Shown in pieces: positions 38,143 through 48,215 of a stretch of 64,000 nt of DNA. A program made the position numbers and the translations under genes. The DNA is from Minicystis rosea. Its GTDB lineage: Bacteria; Myxococcota_A; Polyangia; Polyangiales; Polyangiaceae. Location of the stretch: the NCBI GenBank assembly GCA_001931535.1, contig CP016211.1:4503573-4567572 (forward strand), written 5' to 3'. Positions within the stretch are counted from its first letter, which is position 1; every line of letters begins with the position of its first letter. The notes beneath the pieces are model-generated. The model was given only the letters and a program-made list of their open reading frames with translations. It was not told the DNA's origin and did no database searches.

Positions 38143-39132
38143 CTAGAACGCTCCCGAGAGATGCAGGCCGGCGCCCGTCGTCGACACGATGGGCGTGACG
38201 TGGAATGCGCTCGGACGGCTCGGCGCGGAGGATGGCCAGAGGAAGTAGGCCGCCGTCCCAGCAGCAGCAGCGCCCGCCACAACGAGGAGTCCGACACCGG
38301 CATCATGAAGCCTGTCCGCCGTACGGGCCGTGCTGTCGAGCTGCGAGCAGCGAGCGTCGAAGTTCCCTGCGCCGGCAACGCAGCTATGGTGCGCAGCCTG
38401 GATCGCGTCGCTCGTGGTGCGCGCATCCCCTCGCTTGGCAGCGCCCACCCCCAGGAGCACCGCGCCAGTGATGAGCGTCGCGCCCGCGACGCTGCCCAAC
38501 ACCGCGCCGGGGACAACACTGCGGGGCGTAGGCTGCGGCGTTGGCGGTGTGCGGACCTCTTCGACCTTGAGCGGGATCGTCTTGGACTGGCCGCCGATGA
38601 CCGAGACGCGTTGAGTGACATCGGGCCGCCCTGAAGCTCGCACCAGCAAGACGTGCTCTCCGGGGTCGACGTAGAGAGGGTCGCGCAGCGGCGCCTGGCC
38701 GACGAGAACGCCGTCGAGGTGCACGTCCGCGCCCGCGGGTTCTGCATCCACCGTGATCACGCCGATCTTCGGCTTTGCGCGCTCCAGCAGGAGCTCGGCC
38801 TTCGCACGGCGGTCGGCGGGCGCGTTCTGCAAATAGAACCGCGCGTGCTCCGCCGCTTCGCGGAACTTCCCGAGCTCGAGCTCGCAGCCCGCGAGGTTCG
38901 CCGCGATCTGCCAGTGCTTGGCGAGGCTCCACGCCGCAAGGAGCGACGCGCGGGCCTCCAGCCACTTGGACTTCTGGATGGCGGCGAGACCGTCCTCGTA
39001 GAGCTGTCGGGCCTTGTCGGTCATGACCGCGGTTTCAGGGGCGGAGGGCGATGGGCCGGCGGCTCGCGTCGTCGCGGGGAGCGCGAGGAGCAGCGCGGCG
39101 AGGCACAGGGCTGAACGGGTGGCGTTGCTCAT
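38143..39132 (-). CDS. secreted TPR-like/PEGA-domain protein
   Basis: Signal peptide 'ALCLAALLLALPATTRAAG'. 'GVITVDAEPAGADVHLDGVLVGQAPLRDPLYVDPGEHVLLVRASG' is a PEGA domain, followed by a C-terminal TM segment. PEGA proteins commonly accompany Ser/Thr kinases in Myxococcales. Confidence 0.5.
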   Translation of the reverse strand: MSNATRSALCLAALLLALPATTRAAGPSPSAPETAVMTDKARQLYEDGLAAIQKSKWLEARASLLAAWSLAKHWQIAANLAGCELELGKFREAAEHARFYLQNAPADRRAKAELLLERAKPKIGVITVDAEPAGADVHLDGVLVGQAPLRDPLYVDPGEHVLLVRASGRPDVTQRVSVIGGQSKTIPLKVEEVRTPPTPQPTPRSVVPGAVLGSVAGATLITGAVLLGVGAAKRGDARTTSDAIQAAHHSCVAGAGNFDARCSQLDSTARTADRLHDAGVGLLVVAGAAAAGTAAYFLWPSSAPSRPSAFHVTPIVSTTGAGLHLSGAF

Positions 39133-39138
39133 GGGACC

Positions 39139-40034
39139 TCAGAAGACGGCCTTGCCCTCGAAGGGCGTGGTGGACGTGGACGATGGAGCGGGTGGCGACG
39201 GCGGCGTAGGTGGCAGGGCAACAGGCTCCGCACTCTTCGCCGGGGTCGGCGGCGTCGCGCTGCCGTACGGATCGTCGGACATGCCCTGCGGTCGCGCTCC
39301 CAGCGGCGCCCCCGTCGCGCCCGGCTTCGCGGGCGCGCGCTGTGGTGCGGGCGCGGTCGTGGGCAGGGCCGACGGACCAGGTGGCTGTTCGGCGGACGGC
39401 GCCGCGGGGGGCGTCGGCGCGCTCGCCGGGGGCATCGGCACGCTCGCGGACGAGGTCACGGGGACGGCCCGAACGCTGGCGGTGGCGATCCCCCTCCTTG
39501 TTCGACCGGCGCCCGCATGCGCCCCGCCATCAGCATCAGGAGCGGTCCTACCACGGCGACCACCGTGCAAACCGCGACGATGATCCACGTGTGGCGGCGG
39601 CTACCGGCGCCCGGTGGCGCGGGCTTGTGGTCCTGGGTTGGCTCAAGGTCCGAGGGGCTCGACGTGCGAGCCGGCATCGTCGCGGAGGGCAGCGCGGCCT
39701 TGTCGATCTCGAACCCCGTCCGCTGCGCCCAAGGACTCGGGCCGCTCGTACGCTCCGCCGCCGGCATGTCCACCGCGGGCGGGCCGCCGGCAGTCTTCTG
39801 CACCCCAGCCGGCACCGGCGTCACGCGCCCGAAGTTCTCGCGCGCCTTGCGCCGTCGCTCTGCGATGGCTTCCGGCGACATGTACCGGATCATCGTTGAG
39901 AGGCTTGGCCCCCTGGCGCGCGTCGTCTCCATACCGCGATCAACCGCCCCTCGATCGACAGTGCTCTCGTCGAGGGAGTCTTCGCTCAGGTCGATCGGAG
40001 TCTTGCGCGTCGTCGCCATGGGCGTAGTCCTCAT
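39139..40034 (-). CDS. membrane protein with Pro-rich C-terminal tail; apparent frameshift near 39460-39590
   Basis: ORF 39456..40034 (N-terminal cytoplasmic part plus TM 'HTWIIVAVCTVVAVVGPLLMLMAG') and ORF 39139..39588 (Pro-rich 'PMPPASAPTPPAAPSAEQPPGPS...') overlap in different frames. The downstream ORF ends 6 nt before the PEGA gene RBS, which suggests one gene with an indel. Confidence 0.35.
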
Positions 40035-42106
40035 TGGTCGGTTCCGAACATGCGGTGCGGTGCTGTCGTTGCCACAGGCGCTTCGGGCTTCTTTTGCGAC
40101 TCGGGCGCCGCCGGCTGCGGAGCCGGAGACGTCGGCTTGCTGCTGGATTGCCCGCGCGGTGCCGCACTCGGGGTAGGGCTGCGAGGTGCCATGCGCCGTG
40201 GCACCTCAACCTGTGCGAGAGTCGGTGCGCTCGGTGCCGCCGGAGGCGGGGGTTCGCCGGGGGTAGTGGCCACGGGAGGGATTGCCGAGGCCGGAGGCGT
40301 GGCGAGCGAGGTCCCCTCCGATGCGGGCGGCGCTGGCTCCTCGGTGTGCGACCGAGCCGAGGCCGTCGTTGCTGCGAGCTGGCCCGCGTCCGACATCGTG
40401 GCCGACATCGTCGCGGACCACCGTCCACGGAAAAGGACGACCGCCAGGCCGACGGCCAAGGCGACGCCAATGGACACCGCAGCGGCGAGCTGCCGTACGT
40501 ACGGGGTGGCGGCGGAGGAGATGGGCTCCTCGCGCGCTGCACCCGGCCGCTCCCGCTCCCATCCGGGGTTCGTCGACGACGTGGATGGCGCCGATGGCCG
40601 GGGCGTCGCTGGCAACGCACGCGGAGCGGTTAGTAGTGCCGTCGGAGCACTAGAACCCGGCGTCGACGCACCCGCGCGGACGACGGGCGCGGCAATCGGC
40701 TTGACCGCCACTCCTGAACCCAAGGCCGGAGCCTGGACGACCGACGCCACGGCTGCTCCTGGCCGCGTCGCGGTGAGCACGGGTGACGACGTCGCAACGG
40801 GTGCGGCCGGGGCCGGTGCTTGGTGCGCTGGGGCCTCGGTCCCTGCCGCGGGATAGGTCGCACGACCGTTGGGGTTGTTGTTGTCAATGAAACAGGGACT
40901 CGACACGGAGGTAGTGCCAGGTGCGCCCATTGGCACTGTCGAACGCTCATTACCCCAGGCTTCCTGCACGTCGGTCGAATGGGAGGTCGGGCTCGGGGCA
41001 ACGAAGTCCGGCGGAAGCCGTTTGGTTGGCTGCGGTATTCGCGCCTCTCTATCGGTGCTCGCGCGTGCTTCGACCGGCGTGTCTTCACCGAACCCCGAGA
41101 TCTGCGTGTGTCGGGACGCCTCCGCGCGCGCCACGTGCTTGGCAAAGGCCGCCTTTCTGGCCTTCTGCTCACGATCACGAAGGAGCTTCTTCGCGATCGG
41201 ATCGTCTGGAGGCAGCGAGCCGCGGACCAGCATACTCAGGTCCGTGATGGCCTCCTCGGCGGATTGATAACGGTGGTCGGGATTTTTGGCGAGCAGCTTG
41301 GAGACGATGGTGTCTATTGCGCCTTCGCAATCCTTACGGAGTTCAGAAATCGGAGTTGGCTCGAGGTGGACATGCGCGGCCAAAATGCCCGTCTCGTTAT
41401 TGTCGTCGATTCCCGGGTGCGGGAAGTCGCCTGTCAGCGTGTGGTAAAGCATGACGCCCACGGAATAGAGATCGCTGCGGTTGTCGCTCCGCCCGTGCTC
41501 GATGAGCTCGGGGGCCATGTACCGAGCTGTCCCGAGCACGGCGGACTGCTTTGGGGTCTCCGCCTTCTTCTTTCCGATCTCGCCGGTGATTTGCCGCCGC
41601 GTCGCGACGCCGAAGTCCACGAGCCATACGTGCCCGTCCTCGTGAGTGATCACGTTCTCGGGCTTGATGTCGCGGTGCTGGATGCCCTGCTCGTGAGCTT
41701 CCTGCACCGCCTCCAACACTTGAATGGTGAAGAAGGCCGCGCGAACGATGTCGAACGGCTCGCTGGGAGGCTGAGTGTCGAGCACTTGACGCAGCGATTC
41801 GCCTTCCAGCAGCTCCATGATCATTGCGAGCCGCCCATCCGACGATCGCTGGGTTCCATAGACGCGGCCGATGTTCGGATGCCGGAACTTGGCGACGGTC
41901 TTCATCTCGTTGAAGAACCGATCGGCGAACTCGGGATCGTCCGCGAGCTCCTGCCTAATGAGCTTCACCGCAACCTGACGCCCGAGCGTCACGTCGGTCG
42001 CAAGCCATACCTCGCCCATGCCGCCGCGCCCTAAGAGCCGGTGGAAGCGGTAGCCATCAAGGGAAGGGTGTGTGCGCTTGCTGCGGTCGCCCATGGTCGC
42101 GATCAC
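40031..42106 (-). CDS. Ser/Thr protein kinase with C-terminal TM segment and Pro/Ala-rich extracellular tail
   Basis: Hanks kinase motifs: 'LGRGGMGEVWLA', 'VAVKLI', 'HRDIKPENV', 'DFGVA', 'GTARYMAPE'. TM 'VSIGVALAVGLAVVLF'. The GTG start at 42106 overlaps the upstream stop (GTGA). Alternative ATG at 42094. Confidence 0.8.
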   Translation of the reverse strand: MIATMGDRSKRTHPSLDGYRFHRLLGRGGMGEVWLATDVTLGRQVAVKLIRQELADDPEFADRFFNEMKTVAKFRHPNIGRVYGTQRSSDGRLAMIMELLEGESLRQVLDTQPPSEPFDIVRAAFFTIQVLEAVQEAHEQGIQHRDIKPENVITHEDGHVWLVDFGVATRRQITGEIGKKKAETPKQSAVLGTARYMAPELIEHGRSDNRSDLYSVGVMLYHTLTGDFPHPGIDDNNETGILAAHVHLEPTPISELRKDCEGAIDTIVSKLLAKNPDHRYQSAEEAITDLSMLVRGSLPPDDPIAKKLLRDREQKARKAAFAKHVARAEASRHTQISGFGEDTPVEARASTDREARIPQPTKRLPPDFVAPSPTSHSTDVQEAWGNERSTVPMGAPGTTSVSSPCFIDNNNPNGRATYPAAGTEAPAHQAPAPAAPVATSSPVLTATRPGAAVASVVQAPALGSGVAVKPIAAPVVRAGASTPGSSAPTALLTAPRALPATPRPSAPSTSSTNPGWERERPGAAREEPISSAATPYVRQLAAAVSIGVALAVGLAVVLFRGRWSATMSATMSDAGQLAATTASARSHTEEPAPPASEGTSLATPPASAIPPVATTPGEPPPPAAPSAPTLAQVEVPRRMAPRSPTPSAAPRGQSSSKPTSPAPQPAAPESQKKPEAPVATTAPHRMFGTDQ

Positions 42107-43707
42107 CCCACGTGCTTCACGGCAAGCGTAATGAGGCCCAACACGGCGAGTGCCGTTAAGAGGGTCACCAGCACAAGGGTGCGCAGGGAGAGTCCCACGC
42201 GTCGTGAGCCCGCCAAGGCCAGAATAGGCGGGGCCGCGACGTGCTCGCGCGATGCGCGCGGACCCTCGGGAACGGGTTGAGGCACTGGGATGGTCTTCTC
42301 AGTCTCATCCTCGCCACGTGGCGAAGACGTCGGCGCGGAGCCCTCCTCAATCGCCTGCGGCACCAGGAAGGTCTCCTCGGTGTCGTCATCGCGCCCCAAG
42401 ACCGCGACCGCTATCCGGCGCAGCTCCGATGCAAAGGTAGCCGCCGACGGGAAGCGGTCCGCAGGCTTCTTGGCGAGCGCTCTTAGGACCGCTGCGTCAA
42501 GCTCCGCGGGGATCGCCTGCCGCGCGTGCTTGGACGGTGGCACCGGCGGCTCGGTCAGGTGGGCCTTCATGATCGCACGTGCCTCTTCGAGGTGCGCGAA
42601 CGGACCGCGCCCGGCAACGAGCGTGTAGAGCACGAGCGCCGCTGCGTAGACATCCGTCCGCGCGTCGATCTGGCCGGTGCCCATCTGCTCGGGAGCCGTG
42701 AAACGGGGGGTTCCCAAAAACGCCCCCTTCTTGGTGGCGTACTCGGGGGCCGTGCGTTGAAGCGACTGGCTACCGATGATCTTGGCAACTCCGAAGTCCA
42801 GCACTTTGGCGAGCCTGGGGCTGGTGGGGGTCGCGTCGCAGAGGAAGATGTTTGCGGGCTTGACGTCGCGGTGCACGATGCCCTGCTGATGAGCGGCTTC
42901 GAGGCCCGCCAGCACCTGAACGACGATGTCGACCGCCTCGGCCACGGGGAGGAAGCCCCGCGCGCGCAGTTCTTCGGTCAGGGTGCGCCCCCGGAGCCGC
43001 TCGGTCACGAGGAACGGTCGGCCGGCGCGCGTGCGACCGAAGTCGGCGACAGCAACCACGTTGGGGTGCTCCACGAGCGCGAGGGTTCGCGCCTCGACTC
43101 GCAAGCGGTCGGCGACCGGTGCATTGTCAGCGAACTGCTCGTGCAGCAACTTCACCACCACGCGGCGGCCGAGCGGTAGGTGCTCGGCTTCGACGACCTC
43201 TCCCATCGCGCCCCGGCCCAGCATGGCGATGGTCCTGTATGCGGTTCCCTCAAGCGGATCCTGCGTAGAGGCCGCGGGGGTCTCGTTGGTCTCGTCCAAG
43301 GTCGAAGCCCTCCTCACGGATGCGACGCTCGGGGCTCGCCTGCACCCGAGCTCCTGCGCTGGCGACCGCAGAACGCGGGCCGAAGGTACATCCGACCACC
43401 CGCAGGTGGTCAGCAAAGGCAAACGGAGCCCCGTGGCGTGTGCAATGGCTGGGGCAGCCATGTCCAAGGACTCGGCCACGATCTCGGCCCTCCTGATAGT
43501 TCCATCCGCCGTTTGCAGCGGACCCGGCGGCCGTTGGGCGACGAATTTGAAAAAAAGTGCCGAGGCGACGCGCGTAGAGCGGCATAGATATGCTCGGGAC
43601 AGAGCTACAATTCCTTTGCGGACGTTCTTTACGCTCCCATCAGCAGATCCACAGCGTCGATCTCCTCGTATCCAACCATCTAAGATCACTACGCTTATTG
43701 GCCGCAT
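42103..43707 (-). CDS. Ser/Thr protein kinase with C-terminal TM anchor
   Basis: 'LGRGAMGEVVEA', 'VVKLL', 'HRDVKPANIFL', 'DFGVAK', 'GTPRFTAPEQ'. C-terminal TM 'LVLVTLLTALAVLGLITLAV'. The true start is possibly the ATG at 43461 (MAAPAIAHA...). Confidence 0.75.
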   Translation of the reverse strand: MRPISVVILDGWIRGDRRCGSADGSVKNVRKGIVALSRAYLCRSTRVASALFFKFVAQRPPGPLQTADGTIRRAEIVAESLDMAAPAIAHATGLRLPLLTTCGWSDVPSARVLRSPAQELGCRRAPSVASVRRASTLDETNETPAASTQDPLEGTAYRTIAMLGRGAMGEVVEAEHLPLGRRVVVKLLHEQFADNAPVADRLRVEARTLALVEHPNVVAVADFGRTRAGRPFLVTERLRGRTLTEELRARGFLPVAEAVDIVVQVLAGLEAAHQQGIVHRDVKPANIFLCDATPTSPRLAKVLDFGVAKIIGSQSLQRTAPEYATKKGAFLGTPRFTAPEQMGTGQIDARTDVYAAALVLYTLVAGRGPFAHLEEARAIMKAHLTEPPVPPSKHARQAIPAELDAAVLRALAKKPADRFPSAATFASELRRIAVAVLGRDDDTEETFLVPQAIEEGSAPTSSPRGEDETEKTIPVPQPVPEGPRASREHVAAPPILALAGSRRVGLSLRTLVLVTLLTALAVLGLITLAVKHVG

Positions 43708-43852
43708 CGCTGCCTCGCCCGAACTTTGTTCCGCCGGGTTCGGGCCAAAGCGGGGATGGTACTATCGAGCGCGGCGTCATACGGCTCCGCTCCAAGGCCG
43801 CTCCCGCGCGGCCTGTTCACGTTCGGGCTGCCCAAGCCCGGGAAGGTGAAGC

Positions 43853-44215
43853 ATGTCGACCAAGCGTCCGAAGCCCCCGAGCGGGGATCCGAGCCTGGAG
43901 GCCATCCTGCGCCTCGCTCAAGAGGTCCCGCGCGACCAAGTGGCTGCCGACTTCGACGATCCCGAGCTCCAGGCATTGATCGAGCGAACGTTGGCTTCCT
44001 ACATCGGCGTCCTCACGCCGAAAGCGCTCGAGCGGGCCCGCGCGACTCTGGCGCTGGTGTTCACCACCCATCCGCACGCCGTCGCCATGCTAGAGCGCCA
44101 GCGGCGGCAACCGCCCGCGGGGGGCAGCGGCGTCGTCGTCAAGCGCGGGGCGGAGTCGCTCGCGGAGGCGGCGGAGGAGCTCCGGCGCGCCGGGAACCGG
44201 AGGACGAAGCGATGA
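43853..44215 (+). CDS. hypothetical protein co-transcribed with sigma factor
   Basis: ATG at 43853 with a GGAAGGTG RBS. 120 aa, helical. The stop overlaps the next ATG (ATGA). Confidence 0.4.
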   Translation: MSTKRPKPPSGDPSLEAILRLAQEVPRDQVAADFDDPELQALIERTLASYIGVLTPKALERARATLALVFTTHPHAVAMLERQRRQPPAGGSGVVVKRGAESLAEAAEELRRAGNRRTKR

Positions 44216-44850
44216 ACGCGCCGGAGCCGCTCGAGGCTCTCGTGCGATGGGCTCGGAGGATCGCCATCGGTATCACGCGCGCCAGGCACGTGTTCCACCT
44301 CGCGGATCTCGCGGAATCGGCGGCACTGGAAGCGCTCAGCAGCGCGCTCAACGGGTTCGACGCGGAGCGGGGCACCTTCCGGACGTACGCCGTCAAGGGC
44401 ATCGTCGGCGCGGTCCTCGACGAGATTGGGCCCGAGGCTCAACGGCTCGCGGTCGAGGTAGCCTTCGACGCCGCGGACGCCGACGCCGTTGCAGCGGGGG
44501 ACGGCGCCGACGACGCGCCGCTATCGGACGCGCCCGCGGACGCGCTCGCTGCGGAGGTGATGGACGCGCTCGTCGCCGCTTACATCGGGGAGGAGCACCG
44601 CCTCAACGGCGAGGCCGGGCTCCTCGCCCAAGAGGCCATCAAGACGCTCCACGAGCACATCGACAAATTAGAAGAGCAAGACCGCCGGCTGGTCACGTTG
44701 CGGTATTGGGAGGAGCGCACCTGGGAGGAAGTCGGCGCCGCCCTCGAGATCTCCGACCGAAGGGCACGCGAGCACGATCTCAGGATTCGTAGGCACCTCA
44801 AGGCCGCTCTGCTCGCGCACACGACTCGCACCGTACGGGATTGCGCTTAG
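44212..44850 (+). CDS. sigma-70 family RNA polymerase sigma factor (sigma-28/ECF-like, regions 2 and 4)
   Basis: ATG at 44212 with a GGAGG RBS. Region 2-like 'ADLAESAALEALSSALNGFDAERGTFRTYAVKGIVGAV' and region 4 'LVTLRYWEERTWEEVGAALEISDRRAREHDLRIRRHL'. Confidence 0.65.
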   Translation: MNAPEPLEALVRWARRIAIGITRARHVFHLADLAESAALEALSSALNGFDAERGTFRTYAVKGIVGAVLDEIGPEAQRLAVEVAFDAADADAVAAGDGADDAPLSDAPADALAAEVMDALVAAYIGEEHRLNGEAGLLAQEAIKTLHEHIDKLEEQDRRLVTLRYWEERTWEEVGAALEISDRRAREHDLRIRRHLKAALLAHTTRTVRDCA

Positions 44851-45025
44851 CCTGTTGGACTGAGCTTCCTCTGGCGTGATGGCGAGTCGTCGAAGCCGCG
44901 CTCGACCATAACGGGCTTCACCGCTGTTTCTTGAGCGGCGCACCGCGCCGCATCGATGCTGGTTGCCCGCGAGATGGCATTGCCGTTGTCAGCGGGATCG
45001 CTCTTGCGATCCCCAGGAGGGATCC

Positions 45026-45868
45026 GTGTCTACGATGTTCGCCACCGAGTCGTCCCCTTCGTCTTCTGCGCGTCCTTCGGCCATCTCACGCACATCCGTG
45101 CGCGTGGCGCTGGCCAATGCGTTCGGGCTCTCCCATCGTGGCCTCGTCAGGCCGGACAACGAGGACGCCTTCCTCATCGCACAGGATCTCTGTCTATATG
45201 CGGTCGCGGACGGGATGGGCGGCGCAGCTGCGGGGGAGGTCGCGTCGCGCTTGGCCATCGACGCCGTGCGCGCGGTGTTCCATGACCCCGATGCCACGTG
45301 CCCCACGGGCGTCGATCCGAACTCCGTGGCCACGGATCTGCCGTTGCTTGTCGCGGGCGTCGAACGCGCGAATGCCCAAGTGCATGCGATGGCGAAGGCG
45401 GACTCGAGCAAAGCCGGGATGGGGACCACGTTCACCGGCCTGCTGTTGCTCAAGGGACACGCCGCCATCGCCCACGTCGGCGACTCGAGGGCCTACCGTC
45501 TGCGCAACGGGGGACTGGAGCTCCTGACGCATGACCACACGCTTGTCGACGAGTTGGTTCGCACCGGCACGATGTCGCATGAAGACGCGGAGCGCTCGAC
45601 GATTCGCCACATCCTCTCGCGCGCGGTGGGCACACACCCGACCGTCGAAGTCGACAGCCGATTCGTCGCGATCGAGCCTGGAGATACGTTTCTTCTCTGC
45701 TCCGACGGCCTCCACGGCGTTGTCGGCGACGACGACATCCGCGCAACTCTCCTGAGCGCTGGCGATCTCACCCGAGCGGCGGCGCAGCTCATCGAGGCCG
45801 CGAACGACGCAGGCGCGCCCGACAACGTTACCGTGGTCTTGGTGCGCGTGGGCGATCCGGTCGCCTGA
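45026..45868 (+). CDS. PP2C-family Ser/Thr protein phosphatase
   Basis: 'GLVRPDNEDAF', 'AVADGMGGAAAGEVAS', 'GTTFTGLLL...HVGDSRAYR', 'LTHDHT', 'LLCSDGL' and C-terminal 'DNVTVVLV'. GTG at 45026 with an AGGAGGG RBS (ATG alternative at 45035). Confidence 0.75.
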   Translation: MSTMFATESSPSSSARPSAISRTSVRVALANAFGLSHRGLVRPDNEDAFLIAQDLCLYAVADGMGGAAAGEVASRLAIDAVRAVFHDPDATCPTGVDPNSVATDLPLLVAGVERANAQVHAMAKADSSKAGMGTTFTGLLLLKGHAAIAHVGDSRAYRLRNGGLELLTHDHTLVDELVRTGTMSHEDAERSTIRHILSRAVGTHPTVEVDSRFVAIEPGDTFLLCSDGLHGVVGDDDIRATLLSAGDLTRAAAQLIEAANDAGAPDNVTVVLVRVGDPVA

Positions 45869-45982
45869 TAGGCGCAATCGCGGGACCACCATACGTCGTA
45901 GTGAAGGATCACTCGCCTTTGGCGAGCTGCTGCACCAACGCCCGCGTGCGCGCAGGCGGGGTGGACACAGGAGGGGCTGAAC

Positions 45983-46666
45983 GTGTCGAGACGAGAATCG
46001 CCGTACTACCTGGAAGTCGCTGGTGCGACGCATCTCGGTGGGAGGCTCGCGAACGAGGACTTCCACGGCTACGACCGAGCGCTGGGTATACTCGCGGTGG
46101 CAGACGGCGTGTCGAGCCGGCCTGCACCGCGCATCGCTGCGGAGACGGCCATCACGGCGCTCTTCGACTACCTCACCGACTCCAATGTAACATCACCGGT
46201 CGAGGCTCGCGAGCGCGTGGAGCGCGCTTTAGCGCATGTCCACCGTCACATTCGCGACCAGGCAGCGGCGGACGAGCAACTCCGGGGAATGGCGAGCACT
46301 CTCGCCTTCGTGGTGGAGCGAGGTAAGACGCTCCTTGTCGGCCAAGTCGGCGATGGCCGCGTGATCCGCTTTCGCGATGGCCAACTGGAGCCTCTTACTA
46401 TCGATCAGCAACCGGAGACGAGCGCGCTCGGTCTCCACGAGAGCATCATCACGAACGTCTGCGTCGAGAGTCTGCGCCCAAACGACGGCGTGCTTTTGAC
46501 CACCCGTGGCCTCACGGCTGCTCTCGACGTCGACGCAATCGTGGCCGCGCTTCAGCTCCTCGAGCCGCGTGCCGTCGTCAACGAGCTCGTCCGACGCGCC
46601 ATCGCACGTGGTGATTCCGACAATGTGACCTGCGTGTATGGCCGTTGGCGGCCGATTCTGCTGTAG
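45983..46666 (+). CDS. PP2C-like Ser/Thr phosphatase (second paralog)
   Basis: GTG start with a GGAGGGG RBS. 'GGRLANEDF', 'AVADGVSS', 'STLAFVVERGKTLLVGQVGDGRV' and C-terminal 'GDSDNVTCV'. Confidence 0.65.
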   Translation: MSRRESPYYLEVAGATHLGGRLANEDFHGYDRALGILAVADGVSSRPAPRIAAETAITALFDYLTDSNVTSPVEARERVERALAHVHRHIRDQAAADEQLRGMASTLAFVVERGKTLLVGQVGDGRVIRFRDGQLEPLTIDQQPETSALGLHESIITNVCVESLRPNDGVLLTTRGLTAALDVDAIVAALQLLEPRAVVNELVRRAIARGDSDNVTCVYGRWRPILL

Positions 46667-46697
46667 CGGACACGATAGCGACGCAAAAGGGGGAGAG

Positions 46698-47120
46698 ATG
46701 GAGAAACCGCGCGGGCACGTCCTCGTCGTCGACGACGACGTGCTGTTAGGGAAGATGTTGAAGCGTGCACTTGAGCCGGAGCACGAGGTGCGCGTGCTGA
46801 CGAGCGGGCGAGAGGCACTTGACCTTGTCGCCAGCGGAGAGCGGTTCGACCTCATTCTATGTGATCTGATGTTGCCCGCCGTGACGGGCATCGACGTCTA
46901 CGAGGGCATCGGTTCGATCGCGCCTGAGCAACTGGACCACGTCGTTTTCCTCACGGGGGGCGCGTGCTCGGCGCGTTCCAAGGCGTTTCTCGAACAGGCC
47001 ATCATCGCGTGGATCGAGAAGCCATTGCCCTCGGTCGCTGGATTGCGAGATGTGGTCCGGGAGCACATCTGTCGCGCACGCACCGGCCGGGTACCTGGAT
47101 GCGCACGGCCGAGCTCGTGA
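46698..47120 (+). CDS. single-domain response regulator (CheY-like receiver)
   Basis: ATG at 46698 (M21 of ORF 46638..47120) with a GGGGGAGAG RBS. 'HVLVVDDD', phospho-acceptor context 'DLILCDLMLP' and 'VVFLTGG'. Confidence 0.7.
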   Translation: MEKPRGHVLVVDDDVLLGKMLKRALEPEHEVRVLTSGREALDLVASGERFDLILCDLMLPAVTGIDVYEGIGSIAPEQLDHVVFLTGGACSARSKAFLEQAIIAWIEKPLPSVAGLRDVVREHICRARTGRVPGCARPSS

Positions 47121-47147
47121 ACGGGGCCAGGGGACGAGAGGATTGAC

Positions 47148-47519
47148 ATGGATCCAACTGAGCGGCGGAGATTGACGATGCGTTCTGACGAGCCGAGGGG
47201 TTCGGCCGCCGCGCCCGCGAGCGCACCGCTGTCTGCGCCTGGTTCGGGCGCGCAGGCGTCGTGCTTTGTTGTCCCCGAGAGAGAGGCCATGCGACGGCTG
47301 CGGCAGGGTCTCGCACGCCACTCCTCGGCCCGCGATGCGGATAGCCCTGAAAACAGCGTGCGCGTTGCGGCGTTCTACGTGCTCGTCGACCTTCTCCGCC
47401 TCCTCGATGAGCTCAAGCGGAGAGTCGACAGCGGCCAGCGCTGCCGCCTGGTCGTCGTAAAGCGCAGTGACGAGTCGGGGCGCTTCTCGACTGAGATTGC
47501 CATCGAGTTGAAGCAATAA
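47148..47519 (+). CDS. hypothetical protein
   Basis: ORF 47148..47519 with good GC3 bias. No recognisable domain. Confidence 0.3.
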   Translation: MDPTERRRLTMRSDEPRGSAAAPASAPLSAPGSGAQASCFVVPEREAMRRLRQGLARHSSARDADSPENSVRVAAFYVLVDLLRLLDELKRRVDSGQRCRLVVVKRSDESGRFSTEIAIELKQ

Positions 47520-47744
47520 GAATCGAGCGAGGGGCGAATGGCCACGTTCTATCGGGTAACCGCAGCCGCTCTCTTCGTCGGTCGGCCGTCTGCCGCCCCC
47601 AAATTTCGAGCGGACGTATCACGAGCATCTTAGCAAGCGCACGAGGCAATAGCTCGTGACGTTCTGCCGGCGCGGCGAGCGAGTGCCAGCCGGGCCGAAG
47701 AGACGGACACGGTAGGTTGGGCGGCCATCGCAGGAGATGAGACA

Positions 47745-48215
47745 ATGGGCGACGATCGATGTGCTGGACCCCAAGATGCCGCGATCTCGCGTGCCATGCG
47801 GGAGGAGTATCGACACTTCCTCGCGATGTTGGACGGAAACACGGGAACAAGGCGGAATGGAGAACGTGCGCAACGCATGCTGAACGAATGCGCTGCGGCC
47901 ATGTTTGGCGCCGGCGTCGGAGAAGCGAAGCGGCTGCTCCGTGAGCGTGGCGAGGGGCTCGACGCGGAAATTCGCCGACTCGCCGCGGTGGCGGACGCCA
48001 TCGAGAGCAGGCTGCCCCACGGGCTGTACCTGGCGTGGCGGACACACTTCGTCGATGGACGAGCTCTGTGCGAGTACGCGAGGGTGGCCGGATTGAGCGA
48101 TACCACTGCCCGAGCGAACTACCGCGAGCTGGTTAGTGCGCTTGTCCGCATCGTTGAGCGTCTGGCCCCTGGAGCACAGGCAAGGCCCCTCGAGGGCAAA
48201 GAGGTCAGAGCATGA
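47745..48215 (+). CDS. hypothetical protein
   Basis: ORF 47745..48215, helical. No recognisable domain. Confidence 0.3.
   Translation: MGDDRCAGPQDAAISRAMREEYRHFLAMLDGNTGTRRNGERAQRMLNECAAAMFGAGVGEAKRLLRERGEGLDAEIRRLAAVADAIESRLPHGLYLAWRTHFVDGRALCEYARVAGLSDTTARANYRELVSALVRIVERLAPGAQARPLEGKEVRA

Noticed and set aside
43726-44211. N-terminal 162 codons of the long ORF containing the sigma factor
   Set aside because: The upstream part is in a different frame from gene 43853..44215 and overlaps it. The real sigma gene starts at 44212 with a GGAGG RBS.
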